Positions 39,101 through 49,715 of a stretch of DNA of 64,000 bases are shown piece after piece (within the stretch, counting starts at the first letter, position 1; every line of letters starts with the position of its first letter). The notes beneath the pieces are model-generated. The model did not search any database. It was given only the letters and a program-made list of their open reading frames with translations, and was not told the DNA's origin. Position numbers and translations under genes: made by a program. The DNA lies in the IMG/VR virus record IMGVR_UViG_3300032050_000010; one strand, given 5' to 3'. The DNA comes from a virus.

Positions 39101-39506
39101 TTTCCTCATCGAGTACTCAGTTGTTAAAGCGCTTAACGAGGATATCATCCGCCTCCTGGCAGATCTTGATTTCTTCAACAACGGTTTGGGAAAACCATCT
39201 TACCTCTACGATGAATACTACCCAGACATTGAACAGCTTCGGAAGATCTACTTCAATCGTCTAACTGACAAGCTCAACTATAAAGTGTTCTTCGATCTCT
39301 TCAAGTGGTTCGACACGTCCTACACAGATCTTGTCAGCTCTTTGATGCCCAAGAAGACACAATTTCTCGGGATCAACTACACAATCGAGTCGCACATGCT
39401 TGAGCGTCATAGGATGCGCTACCTCTACGACCAGCAGTACACACTGGGCACCGTCGCTGTCCAGAATGAGACAGGTGTGGGCTTTGAAACTGGCATCATC
39501 ACATAG
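36111..39506 (+). CDS. Large baseplate wedge protein with LamG-like domains (gp7/gpI-like)
   Basis: LamG-like SGAIDELRFF and FTGRVAQLRTW; gpI-like LPFLANYYG...REKGTNASVRSLF. Confidence 0.7.
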   Translation: MAASVVRTNRPTVFTSNLKLASLSNRYDDVTISNQEASNIGNTGSFRYDQIGAALKSTQELNIDYTQLENHTFFNSAVAKVNVAFDRIINNYPFDGSIQEIQDFEDSLTGYERYILSQFTKSRNFLLFDGTSHIAVTDAAGINFPTVSKNDTGLGVLDPRTNSFSFELFCYPAAQSNDNQIILQKRKDATTAITLALSQSASTTTCDALFIVSMGSMYVTASAAVNKGEFNHLYFEYSALASSSSLTIYRDLELASPESDFVVFDDLNFSSADLLIGTGSSHTAGAYTFIPQQHLSGAIDELRFFHDTRSLADLEYNWKKEIYATAPLKLYFKFNEPTGSYAASDVVLDYSGNSLHSYITNYSDALRAGASIANPMVAEDPDRCPVLFADYPATLAYNQTLLEDARDFDAVNPNLITKIIPAHYLREGLVSQGFADEDGTIGNDFTGTSIPGTGEIGSPQIITAMLLVYAKFFDELKMFVDHFSNLVHVDYDQDVSVSDKFLPFLANYYGFEVPSFFKTALGEQFYDGRNITQNDEKLAQNLDYVRKQLWRRLLINMSSIMREKGTNASVRSLFNAAGIIPENFFTIREFGGPKKNFLTGRRENKTEIATMLDFSGSLNLTPGTLNSQGFSSVKPHIIGSFLSGSRVEPGYPTVAGTPSDGLFTSGSFTFEGIYKYLDRQVHFASESLMRLHVTGTSAPSDAHGTLFNIIASSGSEEGDYSLTLYGRPLQGISTNVITLQLTGVNVFDGDKWNIAFGRQRSDQIGHASSSYFLRVGKNIDTETIVTFQTSSYFYDEDTFGTTNVLQNVSSNYNASGAFVVIGSQSLASGASFLNSYTADAKVTNFTGRVAQLRTWSKALTDTEFSEHIRNFKSLGVDDPKINFSFDTETTGTFERLRVDTSTDQFTTGADGSGQIQIFDFSQNNLFMSGLGFEVNARVIKPETFYYSHLAPNFDQSTTTNKVRVRSLQRPEEYDINTARLAPVYDVIRSEEPEDDRRFLIEYSVVKALNEDIIRLLADLDFFNNGLGKPSYLYDEYYPDIEQLRKIYFNRLTDKLNYKVFFDLFKWFDTSYTDLVSSLMPKKTQFLGINYTIESHMLERHRMRYLYDQQYTLGTVAVQNETGVGFETGIIT

Positions 39507-39514
39507 TTATTACC

Positions 39515-40243
39515 ATGTCATACACACCATTTAACGAGAGCCTTCACGTCATTAGAGGCAATTCCAACCAGGATGGCATAGACATAACTCCTGTAAGCCA
39601 GCTGCTCCAGGGCAATGAGATCAGAGATCCACTACGCCTGAGAAAAGGCTTGCTGCCTTACATGGGAATGCGGTCGATCAGAGTCGATGAGCAAGGGCTG
39701 ATAGATAAATCAATAGAGATCAACGATCTTGGGCAGGATGTCAAAGCATCAACAACCGCGTATGTGGATACCACAGAACGCTGGACACCCGCACAGATCA
39801 TCCAGGGAGATCTGGCAGAGAGCTTTCTCAGTGAGCTTGCCACACGGCAAGTGATTGATGAGAAAAATGATGGTCAAATCAGCATTTTTGATCCCAGTGG
39901 TATTGAAGTTCCCTTCTCTTCACGTGGTTTCAAGGGAAGCCTCAACGGAGAGAACGAGTATATAGGCACACAATTGCTAGATAGCAAATACCAGCTGCTC
40001 GACGGGCTAGATGATTTTCTAGACGGTCAAGAGGAGATTTTAGGAATAACAGTTCCTGCAATCTTGTCCATGAATGACCAGCTTCTAAAGCCCTTCGAAG
40101 ATCTAAGGCACGACGACACGGATCGATTTGGTATCAATATTTTAAACCAGAATGTAAATCTGTATGATCGATATGCGGCAGGAGGTTTTGTGTATGCAGG
40201 CAATGACCGCGACTCAATCGCCTTCGGCGGGCTTAAAGGCTGA
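39515..40243 (+). CDS. Putative virion protein
   Basis: 242 aa in the structural cluster, ATAGTTA motif upstream. Confidence 0.6.
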   Translation: MSYTPFNESLHVIRGNSNQDGIDITPVSQLLQGNEIRDPLRLRKGLLPYMGMRSIRVDEQGLIDKSIEINDLGQDVKASTTAYVDTTERWTPAQIIQGDLAESFLSELATRQVIDEKNDGQISIFDPSGIEVPFSSRGFKGSLNGENEYIGTQLLDSKYQLLDGLDDFLDGQEEILGITVPAILSMNDQLLKPFEDLRHDDTDRFGINILNQNVNLYDRYAAGGFVYAGNDRDSIAFGGLKG

Positions 40244-40245
40244 CA

Positions 40246-42582
40246 ATGTCAACTAAATTTCTTAGAAAAACTGTAAGGCGCATTATAAGAGACAACGACC
40301 AGTTCCAAGATGCGTATCCCAAGCTGATCAGATCATCAGATCCGCTTGATAACGGTATCGACAGTAACTTAAAGTTTTTAGATAATAGGACAATCGTATT
40401 CTCAACAAACAATACGACATTTCCTGCGATGGTTCCCGCTGGATCAACAACGCTACCTTCTAGTTCAATCAGCGCAAATGTTGTTATTGACGCCGCCGCT
40501 GTTGAACAGAGTGTGCAGCTACCAGGCAGCGTGGAGGGGCTTGAGCCTTTCAATGAGAGCCTTTTCAGTATTCCAGGAACAAGTGAATATACAACAACGT
40601 CTTCTCTAGCATACGGCTTCACGTCTGCAGCACGTAACAAGATTGCAATACCGATTGATATTACACCCACCCAAGAAAAGCTTCTCTGTCGCCTGAGATC
40701 GGGAGAAGTAAATACAAATCCTAACAGTGAGTTTTACGGCAAGCCAAGCACAGGATTTTGCTATTTTAATTTTGATTTAAAGCGTTGGGAAGATATTGGC
40801 TTTGGATATGCACCCACTTACGTCGGACATATGGGTAAGTTTACAGGTCACCTCTATTTTATGGCACAGTTCCAGGGAACATCAAACCTTGCCCATATAA
40901 CCAATGCATACGGATCCAGTCAAAATGCAATGACTGCTGTAGGATACAAAAATATTGGTTCACCTACAATGTTCTTTGACGCGCCAAACGCTAGAAGGTA
41001 TTACGCAACGGGTAGTCAGGCATTGTCTCTGTCAAACTACATTGATCAACCGTTCATGCTCGAAAGAGTTGATGTAACTTTGCCATTTGTCGCAAGAAGA
41101 AAACATCCAGGACAACCATTCACATCAAATATAAAAGATGGTGCTTATCGAGATGTTGATAACCTTGTATTTTTTCTCTATAGACAGACACAGCCTCCAA
41201 GTGATCATCCAGACGGAGCTCAAATCGCAAGCCAGCGTTTTCTCATCACAAATGGGTCACTTACATTCTATAATAGTAAAGTTAATGAAGCAGTCAGCTT
41301 TACAACACATAATCCAGAATTTAGCTATGACTATAATATTCCACTAACGTCTATAGTTGCAAGTACTTTTACAGGTTCAGTTACATTCTCAATTTACCCG
41401 AAAGACTATCCAACACAGTTTGGAGGCGTTTCGTCATTCTCATCAGACTCGGGTTACAGCGCTACAACTTATCTTGTTGAAACTATGAATTTTTGGCCAG
41501 GTAGCGTGCAGAATATTGTAACAGCATCTACCGTAGCTGATGTTGATAATGCCGGGTTTTATGTCTACAGAACTAGCAACGCACCTGTAGCAGGAGATGA
41601 TTACGCAGACACAAGATTTAAAGGTTTTGTCTCAACAGACACACGCTTACTGAAAAGAGTCGAGGGATCTTTAATACCATCAAGTGGCATTATAAGCAAT
41701 GACCTACCACAGACAGGCAGCTCACCTTACCTTCTCCTTCCTACAGATCAGTTAATATTTGGAATTGAGTCAGATGTCTGCACAGTTCTGCCTACAGGCT
41801 CTCTGGTATCTCCAGCTGGTTATGACGAATCGTTTTTAAGCCAAACAGGATCATTCTTCAAGCTTCTTGCAGAGAAAGCGCAAGTTACGCTATTCGGATC
41901 ACTCATACAGAGCGGCATCTCTAAGACACACAACAGCCTTAACCAAAATTTAATCTCACCTGCAGTGCACGAGATCATTGCAAATCTACAAGATGATAGC
42001 GACCAGTTTGACGTGGCCGAGAAGAAAACTTTCTATGGTAATTACATTGATAACTACGTGGAAGGTTCGATATTAGATGGCACACGTCGTGTTTATGCTA
42101 GCTTGACAAATGACCCACCATTTCTATCGGGATCATTTACACGTCAAGTTATGTTAGTAGATGAAGAGAAGTCTTATTACCGAGTAGGACCAAGAACAGT
42201 AACACTTGGAATTCCACCTTACGCGTTTTCTTTTGTTGTTCCTTACAGCGGCCTCACGAAACCAAAGAATTATTTTAGATACGATCGATACGGTAATTTT
42301 AGAGACATGATTGAGCAGGCACAAGATTACAGAATATTCAACAAAACCATCTACAAAAAAAGTGGAGGATTTGAAGAACAAGGGCCCGCATACGCCAAAT
42401 TCGTCTTGTCATCATCTGATATACCTGTGTCAGCATCACTGACACAATGTAACAATCTTAGCCCATACATGACAGGAACATTTCCATTTGCTGATGATGT
42501 TGGAACATCAACTTCACGCGGCCCGTACACAACAACGCAGAATAATCCCTTCATTCCGATCACCAACATTTTCAAGACATGA
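40246..42582 (+). CDS. Putative virion structural protein
   Basis: 778 aa, S/T/G-rich, structural context. Confidence 0.6.
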   Translation: MSTKFLRKTVRRIIRDNDQFQDAYPKLIRSSDPLDNGIDSNLKFLDNRTIVFSTNNTTFPAMVPAGSTTLPSSSISANVVIDAAAVEQSVQLPGSVEGLEPFNESLFSIPGTSEYTTTSSLAYGFTSAARNKIAIPIDITPTQEKLLCRLRSGEVNTNPNSEFYGKPSTGFCYFNFDLKRWEDIGFGYAPTYVGHMGKFTGHLYFMAQFQGTSNLAHITNAYGSSQNAMTAVGYKNIGSPTMFFDAPNARRYYATGSQALSLSNYIDQPFMLERVDVTLPFVARRKHPGQPFTSNIKDGAYRDVDNLVFFLYRQTQPPSDHPDGAQIASQRFLITNGSLTFYNSKVNEAVSFTTHNPEFSYDYNIPLTSIVASTFTGSVTFSIYPKDYPTQFGGVSSFSSDSGYSATTYLVETMNFWPGSVQNIVTASTVADVDNAGFYVYRTSNAPVAGDDYADTRFKGFVSTDTRLLKRVEGSLIPSSGIISNDLPQTGSSPYLLLPTDQLIFGIESDVCTVLPTGSLVSPAGYDESFLSQTGSFFKLLAEKAQVTLFGSLIQSGISKTHNSLNQNLISPAVHEIIANLQDDSDQFDVAEKKTFYGNYIDNYVEGSILDGTRRVYASLTNDPPFLSGSFTRQVMLVDEEKSYYRVGPRTVTLGIPPYAFSFVVPYSGLTKPKNYFRYDRYGNFRDMIEQAQDYRIFNKTIYKKSGGFEEQGPAYAKFVLSSSDIPVSASLTQCNNLSPYMTGTFPFADDVGTSTSRGPYTTTQNNPFIPITNIFKT

Positions 42583-42606
42583 TGACACTGTTATAATTAG
42601 AATAGC

Positions 42607-43620
42607 ATGTCTGGTATTCTCGATTCAAAAACACGCATCATGGACGTCGTTCTCACTGTTGAGGGCCGTCGCCAGCTCGCTGCAGGAAAATTTGTCCCAC
42701 AGTTCGCATCTTTTACAGATCGACACGTTTTCTACGCAAAAGATGCTGTGAGTGGTTCAGATGATGCATCTTCATACATCTACTTTGAAGCAGGCAATCG
42801 TGTCCAGGATCAGATCGTCATCGAGAACGACGACAGTGGCTTGTTGGTTCCTTATGACGGCAGTACGACAAGAGTTTCGTCTGATGGCCGAGTTTATTCC
42901 GCATCTATCGATACACTGGCATCACCAGGCGGAGCGGGAACTTACAATCGCGTTAACTATGCACCTGTGACGAGCTCATTTGCATCCATGTTTGAGCTGG
43001 TCAGCGGATCCATCCTTGACAGTCTGACTGAGCAGCAACTCATACAGACGTCACTACCCTACGAGATCTACAGTCAATTCAAGCTGACGACAGGATCTAT
43101 CACTTTCCGAAGAAACAACTTTGTCCCATTTCGTGGAACGCAGCCTGTAGGTCAGATTGGATCACTTGATCCTTTCATGATTGACCGTCAACTCTCTCAT
43201 CTAGATAATTTTCAGTTTTTAGCACCTGTCTACGTAGATGATACTGACATCCAGCAAAATTTGGGTACGTACCTGCCAATCTCTGAAGTAGAACCACTAA
43301 CTTATGATGAGCTAATGCGCAATCTTGTCGGATCAGATCCTCAAGTTTCTCTCAAGGAGAAGATAACTGTTGACTTTGCTGAGACATCTCTTGCGAGTAA
43401 CGTCTTCATGCAGATCTTTGAAGGCTCAACAACAGACAGCACAGGTGTTGAGATGCTCAAGAAACTTGACTGCATTGACTTTGGTGAGTTTAAAGATGAG
43501 AATGACAGGCAGCGCCCGTTCAAGCGCGTATTTTTCGTCGGCAAGGTTTATGCTGCTGACAGCGAGGATAACTTTCAGGCACCTGCCTTCGTCAATCTCT
43601 TTACAATCGTGGCGGAGTAA
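42607..43620 (+). CDS. Baseplate/tail-collar-type protein (paralog of 51582..52286)
   Basis: N-terminus IMDVVLTVEGRRQLA resembles IVDAVLTDLGRQFLA. Confidence 0.6.
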   Translation: MSGILDSKTRIMDVVLTVEGRRQLAAGKFVPQFASFTDRHVFYAKDAVSGSDDASSYIYFEAGNRVQDQIVIENDDSGLLVPYDGSTTRVSSDGRVYSASIDTLASPGGAGTYNRVNYAPVTSSFASMFELVSGSILDSLTEQQLIQTSLPYEIYSQFKLTTGSITFRRNNFVPFRGTQPVGQIGSLDPFMIDRQLSHLDNFQFLAPVYVDDTDIQQNLGTYLPISEVEPLTYDELMRNLVGSDPQVSLKEKITVDFAETSLASNVFMQIFEGSTTDSTGVEMLKKLDCIDFGEFKDENDRQRPFKRVFFVGKVYAADSEDNFQAPAFVNLFTIVAE

Positions 43621-46038
43621 ATGAACACAGTCAACAGCGATCTGATCACGATCATCAAAGATCTCCCACAGTCAAGCATTGACCTCAAAACTGTGACCGT
43701 TGACGATAGACAGTTCTATGAGTACACAGTCAGCTTCTTGGTCGACCAGATTGCAGCTTATGCTGCAAATGTTAGGACGATGCGTGTTGATATTGCTTAC
43801 AAGCGTGTGGGCAAGACATTCGCGCTTCTTGGTGGAAGAACTTTCGCAACAACGAGCGATATCAACAACCAGATCCTCGGCGGTAAAAGGATCCGAAGAG
43901 ATTTCGTCAATGATCGTGATAAAGAACAGCTAGATAACACCATCACGACCCGACGAGCAGACATTTTCTCACGCTCAAGGAAAGTGAGTCGTTTTCGTCT
44001 GCAAGGTTCAAGATTTGTTGATCTTGCAGTCATTGAGAGCACATTTGAGCCCGTTGCAGGCTTGCCCTCTAGTCAAGTATCAAAGATCATCGCATCTGAT
44101 CTTATCAAGAACACACCTCCCGAGGCTACGTCGTCCAGCGGCGTCAACGTGTACTCAAATCTAACTTTGTCAGGCAGAGATCCTGCAAAGCAGATTGTGG
44201 GTGCAAGCCTAGTTGAAGATGCTGAGATTGCTCGCAAGGGAATGGGTGCAGCACAACAGCAGCAGCGCACCATCGGGGGTGCGTTCACAACAACAGCACT
44301 CCAGGGCAACAGGAACAACCTCCTTCCTGCAACTTTAACAGCACAGAAGCGTCAGAAAGTATCAACAGACGTGCTGCTACCGCACACATTTCGAATCCCA
44401 GCATCTTTGACACCGCCCAGCGGTAAATTTACCATCATATGCACGATCAGGAAGGCAAATGGTGACCTTGTCCAGAAGATTGACTTTACAATTAATCATG
44501 CGCGCCAGCTCATCAAAAATAGCGTACCAAGTCAGCTTCCAGCGATCGGCGTCCAATTTGTGTCTAAGACGACTGCACAAGTCAATGTCTTCAACAAAGA
44601 TCCTCGAGTGACTGGGATTAGGATCTACAATCGAGACGTTCCCACCTATCAGTCTGTGGCCCAGCAAGCACCATTCAAGGTCGTTGGAACACTTCCAGCA
44701 GATTGGCGCCAGCAGGCAATCACGAGAAAGTTACCGATCAAGTCAACAACAAATAAGATCATTCGTGCTGTGCCTGTGCTTACATCTGGCATTGTGCTAG
44801 GCAATTTTGAGAGTAAAACGCTGTCTGTGAGAGATGAACTTGTCGCGGGTACAGTTGTCGCAACTGCGAACAAAGGAAATGTGACCATTGAGCTGTTCGG
44901 TGCTCCTGCAAATTACAAGTACGTCCAGTTTGTGCGTCGATCTATCGACAAGAAACAGAAGCAATGGGATAACATACAGACACCACTAAAGATAGGTGCC
45001 GGGATCGCTACAATTGAAGATTTGACAGTCAACACTGAGCGCACATATGAGTATGCTGCCTTCCTGCAGGACACTTACGGTAATATTAAGCGTGCAAGAA
45101 CAACATCCGTGGTTAGAGTTACTGACTACACATCAGGCACGGAAATTAGTGTTACGCAGAAGAGTGTAAATGTCAGCGGTGCGAGCACCACAACAACATT
45201 CAATGTGTCTGTTACACTTACTAAGGATAGTGATACAACAGCAATCCTAAACGCGACGAAAGAGCAGGGAATTGATAACTACTTTGAAGAAGAGACGTTA
45301 AAGTTGTCGGGCGATCTGTCTTCCATCACAAAGGTGAATGTTAGAAGGGTATCGCTCGACACAGGTGAGATCAAAGATCTGGGTGTTGTGACACCTGGAG
45401 ATTTTACTGATACAGCGACTGAGAATGTCGTCTACATCTTTGAGGGCCTCCTACGAGGCCAAGCTGATCTTTTTGAAGAGATAGGTGCAGATAAGACGTC
45501 ACCCCGTGTTTTCAATCCGAGAGATGCTCTCCAGCGAAGTCAAATTGTGTCGTCAAACTTGACGTCAAAACCACAACTTTCAAAAGTTAACTTCACACAG
45601 AAGTTCCTGTCCAAGAAGGCTACGCTGCGGGGAACTTTGTCGTATGGCAACACAAAAGTTACCGATGTCGACACATCAGGTTTCTTGCAAGGGCGTCTAG
45701 GTATCACGGATATATTTGCTGTAAATCAAACAGCTGGATCGACAAATATCAATAACTTTGAACTCGTCACAGTTGATGAAGGCCGCCGCCTCATATCATT
45801 TGATGTAACCAGCACAACCGCACAAAAAGTCATCGACTTCTTTATCATCTCAACGATCAAGGGCGGCGTGAGATCTATCGTTGGAACGTGTCACTACGTT
45901 GACGATAGTGTGCGACAAAATTTCCTTGATGACAAGACGAGGTTGAGGACGGGGCAGATTGCATATGTCGTCACTCCTGTCAAGTACGATGGAACAACGC
46001 TAAATGAGACAACAACGCGTCAATTCGAGGTGGTGTGA
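43621..46038 (+). CDS. Putative virion protein with Ig/FN3-like segments
   Basis: 805 aa; IEDLTVNTERTYEY and QIAYVVTPV FN3-like strands. Confidence 0.55.
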   Translation: MNTVNSDLITIIKDLPQSSIDLKTVTVDDRQFYEYTVSFLVDQIAAYAANVRTMRVDIAYKRVGKTFALLGGRTFATTSDINNQILGGKRIRRDFVNDRDKEQLDNTITTRRADIFSRSRKVSRFRLQGSRFVDLAVIESTFEPVAGLPSSQVSKIIASDLIKNTPPEATSSSGVNVYSNLTLSGRDPAKQIVGASLVEDAEIARKGMGAAQQQQRTIGGAFTTTALQGNRNNLLPATLTAQKRQKVSTDVLLPHTFRIPASLTPPSGKFTIICTIRKANGDLVQKIDFTINHARQLIKNSVPSQLPAIGVQFVSKTTAQVNVFNKDPRVTGIRIYNRDVPTYQSVAQQAPFKVVGTLPADWRQQAITRKLPIKSTTNKIIRAVPVLTSGIVLGNFESKTLSVRDELVAGTVVATANKGNVTIELFGAPANYKYVQFVRRSIDKKQKQWDNIQTPLKIGAGIATIEDLTVNTERTYEYAAFLQDTYGNIKRARTTSVVRVTDYTSGTEISVTQKSVNVSGASTTTTFNVSVTLTKDSDTTAILNATKEQGIDNYFEEETLKLSGDLSSITKVNVRRVSLDTGEIKDLGVVTPGDFTDTATENVVYIFEGLLRGQADLFEEIGADKTSPRVFNPRDALQRSQIVSSNLTSKPQLSKVNFTQKFLSKKATLRGTLSYGNTKVTDVDTSGFLQGRLGITDIFAVNQTAGSTNINNFELVTVDEGRRLISFDVTSTTAQKVIDFFIISTIKGGVRSIVGTCHYVDDSVRQNFLDDKTRLRTGQIAYVVTPVKYDGTTLNETTTRQFEVV

Positions 46039-49000
46039 TGCCTTATGATTATAGAAGTACATTATCTAACTTGCAGGTTCAAGCACAGCGCAATAGAACA
46101 GCAGATACTGCAACTAATGCATTTTCTGATGCACAATCAGCAAGAGAAGAAGCAGGCAGCAGAGGAACAACAGCTGAAGACATTACAGCACGATTAGCGC
46201 AGCGAGGGCCGAGTTTTGGGTCGCCCGGACCGACAATAAATGATAGAGGAACAGCCGCAGGCGCGCTTGCATCTCGATTGGGCCAGCGAGGGCCGAGTTT
46301 TGGGTCAAGGTCAACAACAGGCGCAGTGCGAGGCAGCGTGCAGCAGCGCCAGAACTATGGAAGCATGCTACAACAAATGCTTGAAGACGATCAAGATTAT
46401 AACTTGCTAGATGCTTCATCGCGTGATGTTTACCTCACCGCCTCACATGGATTGACGTCACAGTATCCAGCAATTCTATTGACGACACCTAGAACGGCTA
46501 AAGTTGTAGATGTAGGCTCTGGATTGACAACAACACCGTTCATTATTGATCTCAATAATGAAGTCAAGAAGACAGTTGAGAGTGACGTCAAAGCAGCACT
46601 TGATCAAAACACGGCATTACTGCAGCTTACAACTACCCAATATGATCAGAATGTGCAGATTGCAAGGCAATATTCAGATCTATGCTTACAAACTGCAATT
46701 TCGAAAGATAAGCTGATCAGGCTTCTAAATATTGCAAATGTTGACACAAATCAGAATTCTTACTTTAGATCGTTTAATTTAATTGGAGAACGTTACGACT
46801 ATCTAAGAAGTGTAAGCAGCATTACAGATTATTTGAAGAACATAAATGAAGATTACAACATCAATGTGTTTGAAGTTGGTACAAATACACAATCAATTGC
46901 TCAAATACTGAAGACAGTATATTTTTATTTCTTATTTGGCGAGCTGTCTTTCACTGAAAATTATTCTTTAAACGGACCCTATGCAGCTGCTAAAGAAGGA
47001 ATAGTAGATGGGTACTTGAGTGAATTTTATGTTAATCAGATTAGAAATCTTAGAAAAATTGTACCTGAAATCGTGTCAATTGATGACACAAACGTTAGAT
47101 CAGTTCAGCTGTATGATAATGGCAGCCCAATATTTGGATTTGAACCATTCAAGAATGCAGACAAAATTACAAGCCTTGTTCGCCTAATTCAGAGAGATTT
47201 AACAATTCATGGTTTAAGAAACGAGCAATTTGAAATAACGGGAAGTACAACAGATGTTACAGCTCTAGATGTACTGGGAAATTACACATCGCTGTACACA
47301 CAGATCAAGGATTATGAGCGCGCAACTTCTGAAGATCGTGATGTTGTGTCAATTGGATATAGAAATATTAATGAGATCTTAGAGACATCTGATGCCGTAG
47401 TAGGTTTTCGGTCAGAAACAAGAGCCTCGTCATCACAGAGATTTCGTGATGCTCTCGTTACCGTCGACTCGGGTGGAATTGGATATGGTAAATTTGATGT
47501 TGTCAAAGGTATTGATTACTTAATCTACGACGATCTTTCAAGATCAAACTCATCACTAGAATTTTCTAATCTCTTGAATTCATCAGAACAGTATGATCTT
47601 TACGCAAGACAGATCAACGATCTTGTTTTTAACACGATAGTGCAGAACCAGAGCGCAATTGTTGACAAGATAAAAGATTACTTTTTAAGTTTTATACGAG
47701 GATCAGAGATCAATACAGATGAAATAAGCAGCAGTGGAAGTGCATTCAGAATTGCATGCTTTGTCATGGCTGCAAATGATGATAAAACTATGACGCGCCT
47801 TTTTAGACTGATATGTGCACTTGATAAGAAGATAAATGATGATGATTTAAATCAAGAAGAAATAAGCGCTGCGCGCCTAAAATTGGCTGATGATATTTTT
47901 AGTAAAAGAAATGCTGAAACTGGTGACGGAAATGTCACAATTCTAGGTGCACAAGCAGAGCGTGTCATACAAAGCGTAAATTACTCAACAGTGTTCTCTT
48001 ACATGCAAGATGATGACTCGTCATTTCAAACATTTCACAATGTTGTTAGAGAAACAGAAAGAGTTTTGATTGATGACATAGGAAACTTTCAAAGGTTTTT
48101 TGATGCAAGGACATCTTTTGGTTTGACACTTACTAGAGATGCACGTGCATTTGTCATTTTAAATCTCTTCTTAAGCATCTTTAGAGAGATGAATATAACT
48201 GTTGATTACTCACCCACTGATCAAAAAATGACTGTCAAGTACTATCCAGATCAATTTAAAGCACTAAAACTTTCTATAGAGAATGCCGAACTATCACCTT
48301 CTGATTTAGATACAACTATCAATCAATATCTGGCAAATTCAACCGATTTTGTCAATAGCAATAGAGTTCAAAAATTCAAGGATAGTGTCCGGTACTTACA
48401 GAGCACCTACTTCAATTCAATAGTTCAAAAGATCAACCAGCAAAATCAAGTTTGTCTCGATCTAGTAAATCTTTTGGTCAATCATGCGCAACAGATCAAA
48501 AATCAGGCTCAAGATTTCAAGACAAAAGTTGAAAATGTCGCGCGCCTGCAACGATCTAATCAGCTCCAGAGCACTGAGTCGCTTCTCAACGCTATTCAAT
48601 CAGAGCAAGCTTTTCTTAAGAGAAATATTGTTGATCGATACACAAACCTCTTACGAGGTGCAGCTTATCTTCCAACTGCGATAGATCACAATGTGGGTCA
48701 AGCATTGAATACAAAGACAGCGGTCGCAACTCATCCAGATTTGAACGACCCAATTAGCGACATAGTGACTAGACAGTTCCTAGTAGCTGTTGGGTTGCCA
48801 ACGGGCCTAATGGAGACACTAAGATATCAAAATACTGTGTCAACATCAGAGCACCTTTATAGCATTGATCTAGTATTTAAGAACATCCAGGTTACACAGG
48901 ATGAAGAAGATACACGTACACTTGAGTCGTTTGTGACAAAAGGGTACACATTTTCAACACGTGTCTTTATTAATGAGGGCGCGCAGCAAACAGGTGGAGC

Positions 49001-49715
49001 TGACACTAGAGCAAGTGAACTAAAAAATTACAGTCAGATTTATGGTGCTACAAAGTACAAAATTATTGATGATGCAGGAAACTATCGTGATATCTCAATT
49101 ACTGACCTTGAGAGCATCCTGGGAGATAGTAAAATTGTCAATAACCATCTCATGAGCCATTATGCAAAGCTATTGTTGAAGACGACGGCAGGTATAACAC
49201 TTGATGAGGAGGTTTTTGATCTCATCCCACAAGGTAGACGCTACCCAGATGCTGCACAGGATGCTAATTACACGACAATAGTTGATCGAATTGCAGTCAA
49301 CTATCCAGATACACCGGAAGGCCAGCTCAACAAGGAGCGTGTACTTCGCGATCTATCGAGGTCAATACAGCTTGCACCCGATCAGCACAAGACATCAATG
49401 ATGGTGTCAAAGACGTTTGAAAGGATACATGTGATACCTGTCGACGTCAGTGAAGTTATTGAGCAACTCCAGATCAGCAGAGAAGACATTGCATTTTTAG
49501 ATGTCGTTGCCAAGGTTCGTCTTGAAGCAAGTCAGCCACCCGTCTCATTTGAGGCAGCAACAACACGTAGAAGCTACTCAAATGCGCTCCAGAATGCTTT
49601 GACAACATTTGTGGAAACAGATGTTAGGTCACAAGGCATTGATAGTGTAGGAATAAATGCTGTCGTAGAGACAAGCAATCGATTTGGTGGACGCCTAGGA
49701 GGTAATAACAGATGA
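46035..49715 (+). CDS. Large hypothetical virion-associated protein
   Basis: 1226 aa, overlapping neighbours at both ends; no recognised family. Confidence 0.65.
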   Translation: MMPYDYRSTLSNLQVQAQRNRTADTATNAFSDAQSAREEAGSRGTTAEDITARLAQRGPSFGSPGPTINDRGTAAGALASRLGQRGPSFGSRSTTGAVRGSVQQRQNYGSMLQQMLEDDQDYNLLDASSRDVYLTASHGLTSQYPAILLTTPRTAKVVDVGSGLTTTPFIIDLNNEVKKTVESDVKAALDQNTALLQLTTTQYDQNVQIARQYSDLCLQTAISKDKLIRLLNIANVDTNQNSYFRSFNLIGERYDYLRSVSSITDYLKNINEDYNINVFEVGTNTQSIAQILKTVYFYFLFGELSFTENYSLNGPYAAAKEGIVDGYLSEFYVNQIRNLRKIVPEIVSIDDTNVRSVQLYDNGSPIFGFEPFKNADKITSLVRLIQRDLTIHGLRNEQFEITGSTTDVTALDVLGNYTSLYTQIKDYERATSEDRDVVSIGYRNINEILETSDAVVGFRSETRASSSQRFRDALVTVDSGGIGYGKFDVVKGIDYLIYDDLSRSNSSLEFSNLLNSSEQYDLYARQINDLVFNTIVQNQSAIVDKIKDYFLSFIRGSEINTDEISSSGSAFRIACFVMAANDDKTMTRLFRLICALDKKINDDDLNQEEISAARLKLADDIFSKRNAETGDGNVTILGAQAERVIQSVNYSTVFSYMQDDDSSFQTFHNVVRETERVLIDDIGNFQRFFDARTSFGLTLTRDARAFVILNLFLSIFREMNITVDYSPTDQKMTVKYYPDQFKALKLSIENAELSPSDLDTTINQYLANSTDFVNSNRVQKFKDSVRYLQSTYFNSIVQKINQQNQVCLDLVNLLVNHAQQIKNQAQDFKTKVENVARLQRSNQLQSTESLLNAIQSEQAFLKRNIVDRYTNLLRGAAYLPTAIDHNVGQALNTKTAVATHPDLNDPISDIVTRQFLVAVGLPTGLMETLRYQNTVSTSEHLYSIDLVFKNIQVTQDEEDTRTLESFVTKGYTFSTRVFINEGAQQTGGADTRASELKNYSQIYGATKYKIIDDAGNYRDISITDLESILGDSKIVNNHLMSHYAKLLLKTTAGITLDEEVFDLIPQGRRYPDAAQDANYTTIVDRIAVNYPDTPEGQLNKERVLRDLSRSIQLAPDQHKTSMMVSKTFERIHVIPVDVSEVIEQLQISREDIAFLDVVAKVRLEASQPPVSFEAATTRRSYSNALQNALTTFVETDVRSQGIDSVGINAVVETSNRFGGRLGGNNR
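46161..46306 (+). repeat. Degenerate 84-bp tandem duplication with a 23-bp identical core
   Basis: CAGCGAGGGCCGAGTTTTGGGTC at 46200-46222 and 46284-46306, encoding QRGPSFGS twice. Confidence 0.85.
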
